DNA of 64,000 nucleotides from Candidatus Kapaibacterium sp. (lineage in GTDB: Bacteria; Bacteroidota; Ignavibacteria; Kapaibacteriales; UBA2268). The stretch lies in contig OY762428.1 in NCBI GenBank assembly GCA_963665665.1, forward strand, positions 4,896,001-4,960,000, read 5' to 3'. The notes under the pieces were generated by a model. It was not told the origin of the DNA and did no database searches. It saw only the letters and a program-made list of their open reading frames with translations. Position numbers and translations under genes: made by a program. Below are positions 31,203 to 41,229 of this stretch, piece by piece; position 1 is the first letter of the stretch; every line of letters starts with the position of its first letter.

Positions 31203-32174
31203 ATGGTTATCGCATCCTCAAATATTGGGTTTGAGGCTACTCATTATAGTGCCTCCCGTGTTACAGAGTCTCTGTCCTTCAGGATAGTGAACGATAGTAA
31301 TAGTGATAACCGTGATATTCTGGATATAAAATCCGCCGGATCTTCCCAAATGATTCCCAAAACCGATGATAACGACAATATGCTTTCAGCAGAAATGAGA
31401 GCGATAAAAATGTTGTTCAGAGAAATTTTCGGCGATAAATTTGATATTCATCTGTCTGATTATTCCAAAGCCGAGTCATCTGTCAATTCAATGAATGAAG
31501 AGATCAGAGAAAGAACAGGCGCTGATAACTTCGAGTTATCCAGGGCTGTCAGCGTTTATGAATCAGAAAAGATCAGCCTGAATGCCTCAGGAATAATTAA
31601 AACATCCGACGGTCAGGAAATTGATTTTAAAATTTCCTTCAGTCTCGGCAGGGAATTTTATATGGAAAATGTTCAGCAGATAAGGTCGGCAAGGAAGTCA
31701 GATCCTCTTGTATTAAATCTTGATACTACTGCGGCAGATCTTAGTAGCCAAAAAGTTGCATTTGACATAAACTCGGACGGAACTGATGAAAATATCAGTA
31801 TTCCTTCCAGTGGCAGCGCATTTTTATTTATCGACAAGGATGACGATGGCAGAGCCACGGACGGCTCGGAATTATTCGGCCCGTCGTCAGGCAGCGGATT
31901 CAACGAACTTCGCCTGCATGACATTGACGGCAACAACTGGATTGATGAAAACGATGAAGTATTTAACAGGCTCAAACTTTGGAACGCAGCAACAGGAAGC
32001 ATATCAAACCTCATGGACAGAGGCATAGGAGCTATTTACTTAAACTCGACTAACACCCCGTTTTCATACAAACCTGATTATGAAACGGAAAACGGATTTC
32101 TACGAAGGACCGGCATTTACGTCAGGGAGGACGGATCCGTTTCAACTATCCAGGAATTAGACCTTAGCATTTAA
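31203..32174 (+). CDS. Hypothetical protein with Ca-binding DxDxDG-type repeats
   Basis: DPLVLNLD...FDINSDG...DKDDDG..TDGSELFG...DIDGNNWIDEND. Confidence 0.65.
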   Translation: MVIASSNIGFEATHYSASRVTESLSFRIVNDSNSDNRDILDIKSAGSSQMIPKTDDNDNMLSAEMRAIKMLFREIFGDKFDIHLSDYSKAESSVNSMNEEIRERTGADNFELSRAVSVYESEKISLNASGIIKTSDGQEIDFKISFSLGREFYMENVQQIRSARKSDPLVLNLDTTAADLSSQKVAFDINSDGTDENISIPSSGSAFLFIDKDDDGRATDGSELFGPSSGSGFNELRLHDIDGNNWIDENDEVFNRLKLWNAATGSISNLMDRGIGAIYLNSTNTPFSYKPDYETENGFLRRTGIYVREDGSVSTIQELDLSI

Positions 32175-32253
32175 CACTATTTTTCTTGTATAGATTCGGA
32201 CAAAAAGATAATTTGCAGCAAATTATTTCTAATTATTAAAAAAAAGAAATATC

Positions 32254-32727
32254 ATGAGTGATTTAATTATCAGACAGTTCGAAGCACTATTAGACGGCGA
32301 AAGTGATTTTATAGCCAATGCCGCAAATTGCTCGGCGTTTATAATGGATATGTTCGAAGAGCTAAACTGGGCGGGATTTTATTTTGTAACAGGCGACGAA
32401 CTTCTTCTCGGGCCTTTCTGCGGCAAGCCGGCCTGCGTTAGAATAAAAATCGGCAAAGGCGTTTGCGGCGCTTCAGCTTCACGTAAAGAAACAATAGTAG
32501 TTGACGATGTTCATGAATTTCCCGGACACATAGCCTGCGATGCCGCTTCAAATTCCGAGATTGTTGTGCCGCTTATTCACAAGGGCGAGATTTTCGGAGT
32601 TCTGGATATTGACAGTCCTGTAAAAAACCGGTTTTCAAATAAGGACAAAGAGATTATCGAAGAGATGGCCGGAATCATTGTTAATATCTCGGATATAGAA
32701 AAGCTAACAAAGTATTATAAATTTTGA
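32254..32727 (+). CDS. msrC: Free methionine-R-sulfoxide reductase (GAF domain)
   Basis: LNWAGFY, LGPFCGKPAC, GKGVCG, FPGHIACDAASNSEIVVP, LDIDSP. Confidence 0.9.
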   Translation: MSDLIIRQFEALLDGESDFIANAANCSAFIMDMFEELNWAGFYFVTGDELLLGPFCGKPACVRIKIGKGVCGASASRKETIVVDDVHEFPGHIACDAASNSEIVVPLIHKGEIFGVLDIDSPVKNRFSNKDKEIIEEMAGIIVNISDIEKLTKYYKF

Positions 32728-32918
32728 TTACATGAAATATTTGGAATTTGGATAGTATTTCTTAAATTATAACATGACATGATTTTATTTAAAAATTAAT
32801 TGACCGGTATATACTCGAATCCGACTTATTATTTAAGTAAATATAATTATTTTATTATCTTTACTTAAATATTTTTATTAAATTCGGAAAAATATAAACC
32901 CCTGATCCGAGTGATATT

Positions 32919-34559
32919 ATGAGGTCGATAATTATTATTCTGACGATTATTTTATCCATATTGCGGTTAAATTCGCAGATCGTAATAAATGAAATAATGC
33001 CAGCCCCGGAAGGCGGCGAGCCTGAATGGATAGAGATATTCAACAATTCAGATATAGAGAAAAAAATTGAATCAATTACTCTGTCCGACGCTGCAGTACC
33101 AAAACTGCTGCCTGATTTAGTTCTTCCTTCCGGAGAATATGTTGTTCTGTGCCGTGATACTACTGAATTAATAAAAGTAAGAAACATTCCGGAAACATGT
33201 CAATTAATTGAAACAACATTGCCGCAATTCAACAATACTAATGATATGGCTATCCTAAGGGATGCACAAGGAAAAACAATAGATACCATGTTCTATGATA
33301 TGTCAGATTTCGAGAACGGAAAAAGTATAGAAAGAAAAAATTCTTCAAAGCAGGGTTATTCAAAAGATAACTGGGGAGTAGCAATTGACAAAACAGGGGC
33401 TACTCCGGGCAGGAAAAATAGTATCAGCGCTCCGGATACCTCTCTGACTATCGAAATGTCTGTTGAATATAACAGCCAAATTCCGAAATTCAGGATTGAA
33501 ATAAATAACACAGGGCTTATAAGTATTTCAAATCTGATCCTTGAATTAACAATTGATACAAGCTTTACAGGAACAAACTCACTTTTATTGGTAAAAGATA
33601 TTGTTGATATTGAATCCGGGGATAATACAATCAAAGAATATATTTTCGACCTGGCCGATCTAATCGGCGGACTTTATAAATGCCATGCTGCGCTAAAGTC
33701 TTCAGTATCTGCTTTTTGCAGCGCCACAGCCGATGTATATTTCCCAATTAAGGAACATTCCTTAAAAATTAATGAAATAATGTATGATACCGATCGTGCC
33801 GAGTTTTTTGAACTAATCAATATTTCATCATCTAAAATCAACCTGAGAAATTGCAGTTTTGCAGATGAATCAAAATCCGAAAATCCTGTAAATATTGATA
33901 CAAACCTTATCCTGTATCCGAAGAGTTACGGCCTGATTTGCTGGGATCAGGCAGTATTTGATATTATCCCGGAATTTTCAGGATCATCCTCGGTATATTG
34001 TTCAGGTGAAGCAGTTACACTTAATAATTCAGGCGATGAAATAATTATCAGAGATTATTTTGATACCATTATTGATTCAGTTGAGTATTCGGATAAATGG
34101 CATACCGGCGACTTTATTGATACCAAAAATATAAGCCTGGAAAGGGTCAATACCGATTCAGACGCCAATATCCCGGAATCATGGGCAAGCTGTGCTGATG
34201 CCGCCGGCCATACCGCTTTAAGAAAAAATAGCTGCGCTTATAATCCTTCTGCTAAATTTAGTTTGGAAATATCTCCAAATCCGTTTTCCGCCAATATTGA
34301 CGGAAGATGTGAAATCAAATATTCAACAAATTCAAAGGCATGTAATCTTTCGGTCAAGATTTTTAACAGGGCCGGGCAGTGTATGGCAAACCTGAAAAGA
34401 GGTGAATTTTCATCCGGAACCGGCATCCTGGAATGGAACGGGAAAAACGACCAGGGTTATCTTTTGGAGCCTGATGCCTATGTATTATTCTTTGAAATTA
34501 CACCGGAAAATTCAGAAGAAACAAAATTATTCAAGAAAATAATCGTTCTTGCAGAATAA
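32919..34559 (+). CDS. Lamin-tail domain protein with FlgD/T9SS-type C-terminus
   Basis: Two VINEIM...EWIEI/EFFEL domains, TPGRKNS, SPNPFS...WNGKNDQG. Confidence 0.8.
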   Translation: MRSIIIILTIILSILRLNSQIVINEIMPAPEGGEPEWIEIFNNSDIEKKIESITLSDAAVPKLLPDLVLPSGEYVVLCRDTTELIKVRNIPETCQLIETTLPQFNNTNDMAILRDAQGKTIDTMFYDMSDFENGKSIERKNSSKQGYSKDNWGVAIDKTGATPGRKNSISAPDTSLTIEMSVEYNSQIPKFRIEINNTGLISISNLILELTIDTSFTGTNSLLLVKDIVDIESGDNTIKEYIFDLADLIGGLYKCHAALKSSVSAFCSATADVYFPIKEHSLKINEIMYDTDRAEFFELINISSSKINLRNCSFADESKSENPVNIDTNLILYPKSYGLICWDQAVFDIIPEFSGSSSVYCSGEAVTLNNSGDEIIIRDYFDTIIDSVEYSDKWHTGDFIDTKNISLERVNTDSDANIPESWASCADAAGHTALRKNSCAYNPSAKFSLEISPNPFSANIDGRCEIKYSTNSKACNLSVKIFNRAGQCMANLKRGEFSSGTGILEWNGKNDQGYLLEPDAYVLFFEITPENSEETKLFKKIIVLAE

Positions 34560-34738
34560 ACACATTTATGAAATAACAATTAACATCTATTAATACTAAT
34601 GAATATTCAATATCATATTATATATAGTAGGCCTGTTCACAACCTAATCCAAACGGCTTCTGATGCGAATTTCAGGTATATCGAAATTATTTTTTACTTT
34701 ATATAATATAGCTATTTATAGAGTCAGTGCAGCCTTAT

Positions 34739-34753
34739 TGGCACAGAAATTGT
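34739..34753 (+). promoter_or_regulatory. Putative sigma54 -24/-12 promoter
   Basis: TGGCAC-AGAAA-TTGT with correct spacing, about 55 bp upstream of the kinase gene. Confidence 0.5.
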
Positions 34754-34807
34754 TAATTATCGGGCAGTGAAAATAAATAAATTTCAGATTGAAACAGGAA
34801 AAACTTG

Positions 34808-35758
34808 ATGGCTGAAAATAATGATTACACTTTCATAGGTATTGATGGCGGCGGAACACATACGCGCGGAATATTGAAAAGAGGCGGGGAAGTTATATCA
34901 ACATCACAAGCAGGAACAACAAGAATCGGAGCAGTCGGGGTGGGCGAATCATGCGAACGAGTGCTCAACATGATAGATGATCTTTGCAGAAAAGCAGAAA
35001 TTGAATCTAATGAAATTGACGCGACAGTTGTAGGCCTTGCCGGCGTCTGGCTTGAAGAAGAGAAAAAAAGATCACAGCACCTTATCCGTACACTTGCTCG
35101 GGGACAGGATATAACATTATCCGATATAATGGTAACCAGTGATGCTGAAATCGCTATCGAGGGCGCTTTTGAAGGTGGCCCGGGGCTGATTATGATAGTT
35201 GGCACCGGATCAATAGCACTCGGTAAAGTTGGAAGAAAGAAAAATCTTGTTCGTTGCGGCGGATGGGGTATTGAACTTGATGACGAAGGCAGTGGTGCCT
35301 GGATAGGTAAGGAAGGCCTGACAGCCATTGTTCGATCACTTGACGGCAGGGGCAAAAAAACTATCCTGACTGACAGATTTGCAGAGATGTACCAGAATAT
35401 TGATATAAAACAACCAAGAACAATTGTAAAAGCTTATGCAGAACGTTCATTTGAATACCATTTGCTTACTCCTACTGTAATGAAATGCGCTGTTGAAGGA
35501 GACGCGGTTTGCCTTGAGATAATTGACAGGGCATCTTTCCACCTGATGGAACTTCTTGAAGCAATCAAACCAAACTTCGATATCCAGAAAATCCCGGTGG
35601 CTATGATGGGCGGCATAATTGATGCCAATACCCTTCTTGCTGATAAACTGAGGGAAAGGATTAACAATCATAAAAAATTCAAGCTTATTGCTCCCAAGGG
35701 TACTCCGCTCGACGGGGCAATTTCAATTGCTCAGCAAAGGTTAGAGGCAAGCCTTTAA
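34808..35758 (+). CDS. BadF/BadG/BcrA/BcrD family sugar kinase (GlcNAc/MurNAc kinase-like)
   Basis: GIDGGGTHT, IVGTGS, CGGWGIELDDEGSGAWIG. Confidence 0.88.
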   Translation: MAENNDYTFIGIDGGGTHTRGILKRGGEVISTSQAGTTRIGAVGVGESCERVLNMIDDLCRKAEIESNEIDATVVGLAGVWLEEEKKRSQHLIRTLARGQDITLSDIMVTSDAEIAIEGAFEGGPGLIMIVGTGSIALGKVGRKKNLVRCGGWGIELDDEGSGAWIGKEGLTAIVRSLDGRGKKTILTDRFAEMYQNIDIKQPRTIVKAYAERSFEYHLLTPTVMKCAVEGDAVCLEIIDRASFHLMELLEAIKPNFDIQKIPVAMMGGIIDANTLLADKLRERINNHKKFKLIAPKGTPLDGAISIAQQRLEASL

Positions 35759-35981
35759 TAGCAGATAAAAGATTTATTCGGGGCTTTATCATAATGATAA
35801 GGCCTTTTTTGTTATATAATTAGTAGATTCCGGATATAACAAAGAATAGTTTGAGGCATTATTTACTGAACAGATTCGTAATAAGAAGGAATGATATGGA
35901 TTTTTTTCACTTTTTAGAGTGAATTTGCTTATAATTTCTTAATTTTGAATCTATTGATAACAGATTGGACACGGCAATAAG

Positions 35982-36356
35982 ATGTATGGATATATAGTAC
36001 CGGAAAATCAGCTGGAACTGCTGGATAAAGTAATCAATCAGATGGATGAACTGATAGATTTGATAGTGACTGCCGAGGAATTTGATCCGGTTATTCACCA
36101 AACTGCCGGAAGGGTTATTACTTTTCTTAACAAAATTATTAAACTGATCCCTGAATCAGTTATTATAAATGATATAAATTTTAGGTCTGAAATGATCAAA
36201 GATTATGAGAAAATTGTAAATTCATGGCCCGAAAACAGCTTTCCCGATCCTGCATTTATGGAACTATGGAAAAAATTCAGATATTCATGGGAAAGTTACC
36301 GGGCTCAGGTGGGATCTATGGATGATCCTGACAACATAATAATTTCAATGAATTAG
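35982..36356 (+). CDS. Hypothetical protein
   Basis: Clean ORF with typical codon usage, co-oriented with neighbours. Confidence 0.6.
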   Translation: MYGYIVPENQLELLDKVINQMDELIDLIVTAEEFDPVIHQTAGRVITFLNKIIKLIPESVIINDINFRSEMIKDYEKIVNSWPENSFPDPAFMELWKKFRYSWESYRAQVGSMDDPDNIIISMN

Positions 36357-36434
36357 TATGCCAAACCCAATTGAAGTATTGATAAATCGTCTTAGTTTTG
36401 GATTTGTAAGAATTAGATAAAACGGAATAAAAAT

Positions 36435-37430
36435 ATGAATAATTTTAACAGAAGGCCCGGATTGGGTATATCATTATTGCCTCCGGTATTAAAAACTTTA
36501 ATTATAATAAATGTGGCAGTATTTTTACTTCAATACATTTTCCTTGATTTTTTCACTATTGGCGGTGCAAATCTTGGGAATATATTTTTTAAATATTTTG
36601 CTCTGTGGCCTGTTTCTGACGGAAGTAATTTTGCCTTGTGGGGCAGTGATACTTACTTTTATGTTTGGCAATTAGTCAGCTATCAGTTCATGCACGGAGG
36701 ATTGTGGCACATTTTACTCAATATGTTCATCCTATGGATGTTCGGTTCAGAGCTGGAAAATCTTTGGGGTTCTGCTAAATTCCTGGGGTATTACCTTATT
36801 GCAGGAATAGGAGCAGGACTTGCACAGTTATTTATTGCACCGATTTTTGCAAGCGCCGGCCCTACAGTGGGGGCTTCCGGTTCTGTTTACGGATTGTTAC
36901 TTGCATTTGGCTTGACTTTTCCGGACAGGCCGGTATTCATGTTTCCTTTCTTTATACCGATACCGGCAAAATTCCTGATACTGATTTTCCTGGGAATGGA
37001 ACTTCTTCTTGGATTTTCAGGTGGTGACGGTGTAGCCCATCTCGCGCACCTTGGCGGCGCTGCAACAGGTTTTCTGTTATTGAAGTTCGGGGATAAACTC
37101 GGAATATATGAACTCATTGAAAAAATATTTAAAAAATCACAAAGCAGGTCTGGTGATAACAAGTGGAGAAAAACAAATTACAGCGAACCCGAAGAGAGAT
37201 ATGACAGTGGTGCAAGGGTTTATAAAGTAAACTGGCAAAAGAAGGAAGAATCTTCACGTTCGTACCAAAATGAACAAAACACAAACTATTCCAAGATGAA
37301 TATTGACGGTGAGGAAATAACACAGGCTAAGATAGATGAGATTCTGGATAAAATTTCTGAAACTGGCTATCAGAACCTGAATGAACACGAAAAGAAGATA
37401 CTATTTGAACTTTCAAAGAAATTGAAATAA
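36435..37430 (+). CDS. Rhomboid intramembrane serine protease with DUF6576-like C-terminus
   Basis: FMHGGLWHILLNM, VGASG, AHLAHLGG, IDEILDKISETGYQNL. Confidence 0.92.
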   Translation: MNNFNRRPGLGISLLPPVLKTLIIINVAVFLLQYIFLDFFTIGGANLGNIFFKYFALWPVSDGSNFALWGSDTYFYVWQLVSYQFMHGGLWHILLNMFILWMFGSELENLWGSAKFLGYYLIAGIGAGLAQLFIAPIFASAGPTVGASGSVYGLLLAFGLTFPDRPVFMFPFFIPIPAKFLILIFLGMELLLGFSGGDGVAHLAHLGGAATGFLLLKFGDKLGIYELIEKIFKKSQSRSGDNKWRKTNYSEPEERYDSGARVYKVNWQKKEESSRSYQNEQNTNYSKMNIDGEEITQAKIDEILDKISETGYQNLNEHEKKILFELSKKLK

Positions 37431-37497
37431 AATACTTCATTAATAGTTTTATAAGACTATTAAAGTGGCATTTTGTTTACTTCTTTTCAGGAAAAAT

Positions 37498-38616
37498 ATG
37501 AATTTATATAATAGATCGATTGAAAATAACGGTATTGAATTGAATCCTTTAAAAAAACTCAGAAAAAACACACGCCAGATAAATGTTGGCGGTATATTAA
37601 TTGGTGGCGGAGCACCTGTTTCCGTCCAGACCATGACGAAAACCAAAACAGCAAATATTGCTGCTACTGTAGCTCAGATCAAACGCTGCGAAGAAGCAGG
37701 TGCTGATATCGTCCGTGTTACGGTTAATGACAAAGAAGCAGCAGATGCTATAGGGGATATTGTAAGGCAAAGCAATGTTCCGATAGTTGCCGACATTCAT
37801 TTCAACCATGTGTTCGCTATCAAGGCTATTGAATCCGGCGTGGCAAAATGCAGGATAAATCCTGGAAACATCGGAACACGTGACAGAATTGAACAAGTAT
37901 TAAGCAAAGCGAAAGAAATGAAAACGCCTATCAGAATCGGCGTTAATTCCGGCTCCCTGGAAAAAGATATTCTGGAAAAACATGGAATGCCAACAGCCGA
38001 AGCGCTATTCGAAAGCGCTATGCGGCACGTTAAAATTGCTGAGGAATTTGGCTTTGAAGATATGGCTATTTCTGTAAAATCAACAAGTGTCCCCATGATG
38101 ATCAGCGCCTACAGGCTGCTGTCCGAAAGAACTGATTTCCCTTTGCACCTTGGTGTTACCGAAGCAGGTACAATAACCCAGGGAGCAATTAAATCCGCTG
38201 TTGGTGTGGGAACTTTATTAGCTGAAGGCATCGGAGATACTATCAGGATTTCGCTTACAGACGAACCCGAAAGAGAAGTTGAACTCGGCAGGGATATATT
38301 GAAATCTCTTGGCCTCTCTAAACCCGGACTTGAAATAATATCATGCCCAACCTGCGGAAGGCTTGAAGTAAATCTTTTCGAGATAACAAGAAAACTTGAA
38401 GCGGCCCTGAAAGGTATCAAGAAACCTGTACAAATAGCAATTTTAGGATGTGCTGTGAACGGCCCGGGAGAAGCCAAAGAAGCAGATATTGGACTGGCAT
38501 GTTTCAAGGGAGGAGCAATCCTGTTTAAAAAGGGTGTTAAGGTAGGCAAAGTACCTGAAGATGAAATTGTAAGCAGAGTATTGAAAGAAGTTGAAGATTT
38601 CCAGGTTCCCGCTTAA
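37498..38616 (+). CDS. ispG: HMBPP synthase (start uncertain)
   Basis: VADIHF, RINPGN, IRIGVNSGSL, HLGVTEAG, SCPTCGR, GCAVNGPGE. Confidence 0.97.
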   Translation: MNLYNRSIENNGIELNPLKKLRKNTRQINVGGILIGGGAPVSVQTMTKTKTANIAATVAQIKRCEEAGADIVRVTVNDKEAADAIGDIVRQSNVPIVADIHFNHVFAIKAIESGVAKCRINPGNIGTRDRIEQVLSKAKEMKTPIRIGVNSGSLEKDILEKHGMPTAEALFESAMRHVKIAEEFGFEDMAISVKSTSVPMMISAYRLLSERTDFPLHLGVTEAGTITQGAIKSAVGVGTLLAEGIGDTIRISLTDEPEREVELGRDILKSLGLSKPGLEIISCPTCGRLEVNLFEITRKLEAALKGIKKPVQIAILGCAVNGPGEAKEADIGLACFKGGAILFKKGVKVGKVPEDEIVSRVLKEVEDFQVPA

Positions 38617-38618
38617 TT

Positions 38619-39452
38619 ATGAAATTTATTTTTATAATTGTAAGTTCAATAATTTTAATATCCCCGGTTCCAGAATTATCAGCAGCCGGGGATAGCTGTA
38701 ACGTGGCAGACAGCAGCTACGGCTGGTTTGATACTGTTGGTGAGGATATTAAATCATTTGGTGAAGATGCAGAGTTTGTATGGAATTCATTGGGTGAAAC
38801 CGGGAATAAAGAGTTAATGATTGGCATTGGTGTTAGCGGTGCAGCTTTTGTTACTTATTTACTCGATAGCGAATTTAGTAAAATGCTTGAACGAAATAAA
38901 ACAAGCTGGGCTGATGATTTAACTTCCTACGGAAATGATTACGGACTTAAAGCCAATACCATGATAATAAGCCAGGCTGTTTATATTGGCGGGCTTGCCA
39001 GTGGATGGGACGATCTTAGAGAAACCGGCAGACTATTATATGAATCAATAATCTTAACAGGAATGGTTACTCAAACATTAAAGTTCATTGTTGGACGTGC
39101 CAGGCCCTACGAAGAAAGGGGTGATCACTATTTTACACCTTTTGTATCAAATGGAGATTATCATTCATTCCCTTCGGGGCATACTACCCTTGCTTTCGCA
39201 TTGTCAACCGTAATATCTCATCAGATCGACAGCTGGTGGGCTTATGCCGGATTTTATGGCCTAAGTACTTTAACAGGAATTTCAAGAGTATATACAAATA
39301 AGCACTGGCTTTCTGATATTGTTGTTGGAGCTGCTATTGGAACTGCCGGCGCTTATCTGATAATCAAAGCTAATGAAAAGAACAGCATCCTGCCTAAAAG
39401 CATCGTAGTTGCTCCTACATTAAGCGGGATAAATTTGTCGGCACAGTTCTGA
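38619..39452 (+). CDS. PAP2 family phosphatase
   Basis: KFIVGRARP, SFPSGH, SRVYTNKHWLSD. Confidence 0.9.
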   Translation: MKFIFIIVSSIILISPVPELSAAGDSCNVADSSYGWFDTVGEDIKSFGEDAEFVWNSLGETGNKELMIGIGVSGAAFVTYLLDSEFSKMLERNKTSWADDLTSYGNDYGLKANTMIISQAVYIGGLASGWDDLRETGRLLYESIILTGMVTQTLKFIVGRARPYEERGDHYFTPFVSNGDYHSFPSGHTTLAFALSTVISHQIDSWWAYAGFYGLSTLTGISRVYTNKHWLSDIVVGAAIGTAGAYLIIKANEKNSILPKSIVVAPTLSGINLSAQF

Positions 39453-39459
39453 AATTAAG

Positions 39460-39496
39460 AAACCCCGATCATTACAATTGTAATTGTCGGGGTTTT
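39460..39496. terminator. Bidirectional terminator
   Basis: AAACCCCGA...TCGGGGTTTT between convergent genes. Confidence 0.7.
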
Positions 39497-39584
39497 CAGA
39501 TTTTTTTCGACCGGAAGAATTTTACATTTATGGCAGGGAACTAACTCTTCCGAAAAAAAAATTTCAAAATCTAGTCAAATGATA

Positions 39585-39863
39585 TTAATATCTGTTGCGG
39601 AAGTTATTTCTGCCGCCGCGATCATTTTTCTGTCTTGCTTCGTTAACAACGATGTTGCGTGAATTCAGTTCATACTCGTTCAATGCTTCAATGGCCTGAA
39701 CTCCGCCGTCCTGTTCCATTTCAACAAATCCAAAGCCTTTCATTCTTCCTGTTTCGCGGTCAGAGATCAATTTTACAGAATAAACTTCCCCGTATTCTTC
39801 AAAAAGTTCTGTCAGTTCGTCTTCGTTTGTGCTGTAAGGCAAGTTGCCTACATAAATATTCAT
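39585..39863 (-). CDS. RRM RNA-binding protein
   Basis: IYVGNL (RNP2), KGFGFVEM (RNP1). Confidence 0.95.
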   Translation of the reverse strand: MNIYVGNLPYSTNEDELTELFEEYGEVYSVKLISDRETGRMKGFGFVEMEQDGGVQAIEALNEYELNSRNIVVNEARQKNDRGGRNNFRNRY

Positions 39864-40406
39864 GTTAAATCCTTAGAAAATAAAATAGAGAAATAAATTT
39901 CCCTGCCAACTGTATGCAATTTAACGAACAAATTGTTAATATCTTGTATTTTTTTTTAAAATTGATAAATTTTTTAATATTTTCTTAAAAATTCGGTAGT
40001 GAATATTTTATCCATATTCAATATAAATATTTATAATGCAAGTAATTAGAGTGATTGCCATGGGAAACAGAGTTGTTTTCCCGGCAATTATTGTTTATTG
40101 AAAGAAAACATTAGGAAGCATACCGAAGCAAAACCATGGAAATTTACCACCGGACTTCTCACCGGTTTGTAGTAAATGAATTATTTAATATCCTTTGCTT
40201 CCGAAAATTGGATTTAGTAAATAACAACAAAACAAGGCAAGAATATTTATATTATCTTCATCTTATTAAAAATGAAATATTTATATAAATGTATCGTAGA
40301 TTGTAAATAAGTGTAAACGAAATTAATATTACTATTCAGCAATATTATTCAAATCGATCGTCTATACACGAAAAGAAAATTTATTTAAATAACACGAGGT
40401 ATTGAG

Positions 40407-40766
40407 ATGGCAGAGCATCTGACAAAACAGACATTTTTAGAAAAAGTATTTAATTACGAACAGAACAACGAGTGGAAATTCGAGGGAGACCTCCCCTGTG
40501 TAATAGATTTCTATGCTGACTGGTGCGGACCTTGCAAAATGGTGGCACCTATAATGGAAGAACTTTCAGAAGATTATGCCGGTAAAGTAAACATCTTTAA
40601 GATCAATACTGAACAGGAACAGGAGCTTGCAGGAGCTTTTGGAATTACAAGCATACCCTCTGTACTTTTCTGCCCGAAAGACGACAAACCGCGTATGGCA
40701 GTTGGCGCACTTCCGAAAGAAGGCTATGAAAAAGCTATTGAAGACGTACTTGGCGTGAAAAAATAA
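40407..40766 (+). CDS. trxA: Thioredoxin
   Basis: DFYADWCGPCK. Confidence 0.95.
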   Translation: MAEHLTKQTFLEKVFNYEQNNEWKFEGDLPCVIDFYADWCGPCKMVAPIMEELSEDYAGKVNIFKINTEQEQELAGAFGITSIPSVLFCPKDDKPRMAVGALPKEGYEKAIEDVLGVKK

Positions 40767-40767
40767 T

Positions 40768-40977
40768 ATGGCAGTCCTGAAAATATCTTTGGGAATAATA
40801 CTCGGCGCCATAGCCGGATATGCATACTATTACTACATTGGATGCAACGGTGGTTCGTGTCCGCTTACATCCAACTGGATGATTACAACTGCTTACGGCG
40901 CTGCTGCAGGGCTTATTTTGGCCCTTCCCGGAAAGAAGAAAAACAAAGACAATACCGTGGGTAAACAAAATGATTGA
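40768..40977 (+). CDS. DUF6132-like small membrane protein
   Basis: GYAYYYYIGCNGGSCPLTSN. Confidence 0.75.
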   Translation: MAVLKISLGIILGAIAGYAYYYYIGCNGGSCPLTSNWMITTAYGAAAGLILALPGKKKNKDNTVGKQND

Positions 40978-41167
40978 CAGAAAAGTAGAAATAGAAGACC
41001 TGGTTACTGATATACCGGATTCGGTAACATATCTGATGCAGGAAGGTATTCGCTGCCTTCGGTGTGGCGAGCCAATCTGGGGCACACTTGAATCAGCAGC
41101 ACGCGAAAAAGGTTTTTCCGAAGAAGATATTGACAGATTCGTCAAAGAAATAAACGATTTGATTTAA
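40970..41167 (+). CDS. DUF1858-like protein
   Basis: GIRCLRCGEPIWGTLESAAREKG. Confidence 0.75.
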   Translation: MIDRKVEIEDLVTDIPDSVTYLMQEGIRCLRCGEPIWGTLESAAREKGFSEEDIDRFVKEINDLI

Positions 41168-41188
41168 CTCCTGAATAGTGTGAATGAT

Positions 41189-41216
41189 AAAGGCCTCCGT
41201 TCGCGGGGGCTTTTTT
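41189..41216. terminator. Bidirectional terminator
   Basis: AAGGCCTCCG...CGGGGGCTTTTTT. Confidence 0.6.
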
Positions 41217-41229
41217 ATTTTCGACAGCA

